Assembly: GCA_043814985.1 (NCBI GenBank)
Contig: JBDRJK010000009.1
Span: 1 to 15,598, forward strand
Direction: 5' to 3'
From: Candidatus Aenigmatarchaeota archaeon
GTDB lineage: Archaea > Aenigmatarchaeota > Aenigmatarchaeia > Aenigmatarchaeales > Aenigmatarchaeaceae
DNA length: 15,598 nt
Below, in pieces: positions 15,121 through 15,598 of this stretch; the stretch's first letter is position 1; every line of letters begins with the position of its first letter. The notes under the pieces are model-generated. The model saw nothing but the letters and a program-made list of their open reading frames with translations. It was not told the origin of the DNA and did no database searches. A program made the position numbers and the translations under genes.

Positions 15121-15477
15121 ATGACTGAAATAAAAGAAATTGAGCAAGCCAAAGCCCTCCTGAAAAAGGCATCAGAAGAGATTACTGCCAAAACTCAGGA
15201 GATAGAAAAGCTTGCACAGGAAATGTCCGCAAAGGATAAGCTAATCTCTGACTTGACTGCAAAACATGAGAAACTGCTCAAAGACTTTGAAGCAGTATCA
15301 AAAGAACTCAAGCATATCAAGCAGGAAGCAAGAGATGTCGTTCTCAAGGAAGCTATTGATGCTGAAGAAAAGTTTGGCATTCTTGAATCCTCCAAAGAAC
15401 AGAGGCTTGCCGAGCTAAGACAGCTTGACGAGACAGGCGGATTTGACCTGTACGCAAAGCAGACCAAGAAAACCTGA
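15121..15477 (+). CDS. Coiled-coil protein, probable capsid scaffolding protein (3' end uncertain)
   Basis: K/E/L-rich heptad pattern and position directly after the prohead protease. The -1 frame remains open past the stop to the window end. Confidence 0.6.
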   Translation: MTEIKEIEQAKALLKKASEEITAKTQEIEKLAQEMSAKDKLISDLTAKHEKLLKDFEAVSKELKHIKQEARDVVLKEAIDAEEKFGILESSKEQRLAELRQLDETGGFDLYAKQTKKT

Positions 15478-15598
15478 CAGGATACAGGAAAAACCTACCA
15501 AAACTAAAAACTGACTACGAATACAACGACTTATCTACAGTCACTAAAGGGATAGAATGGATAATAATAGCAGGAGAACTTGCAGCAGCATTCTTTGG

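Overview
This window looks like part of an archaeal head-tailed (Caudoviricetes-like) virus or provirus. The host is probably a DPANN-type archaeon, which is an inference from BRE-TATA promoters, GGAGGT Shine-Dalgarno sites, an MCM helicase, a fused PriS-PriL-like primase and a GINS-like protein. The + strand carries a replication module (SSB-like, MCM, primase, stand-alone GINS B-domain), a DNA adenine methyltransferase/ParB pair, and a packaging/head module (TerS-like, TerL, portal-MuF fusion, prohead protease, scaffold-like protein). A ~3.35 kb diversity-generating retroelement (DGR) sits between the portal-MuF and protease genes. Its template repeat (11158-11244) and variable repeat (11584-11670) align without gaps over 87 bp, with 13 mismatches that all fall at TR adenines. 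The cassette also has a CLec-like target gene, an AbrB-like gene and a divergently transcribed DGR-type reverse transcriptase. Unusual points: no recognisable Avd gene; a ~220-aa RT C-terminal extension with an HTH and a Cys-containing tail; a TR embedded in a multi-stem RNA that seems to have its own promoter and terminator; and a target that does not resemble a tail fibre. All family assignments come from motif recognition by eye, not database searches.
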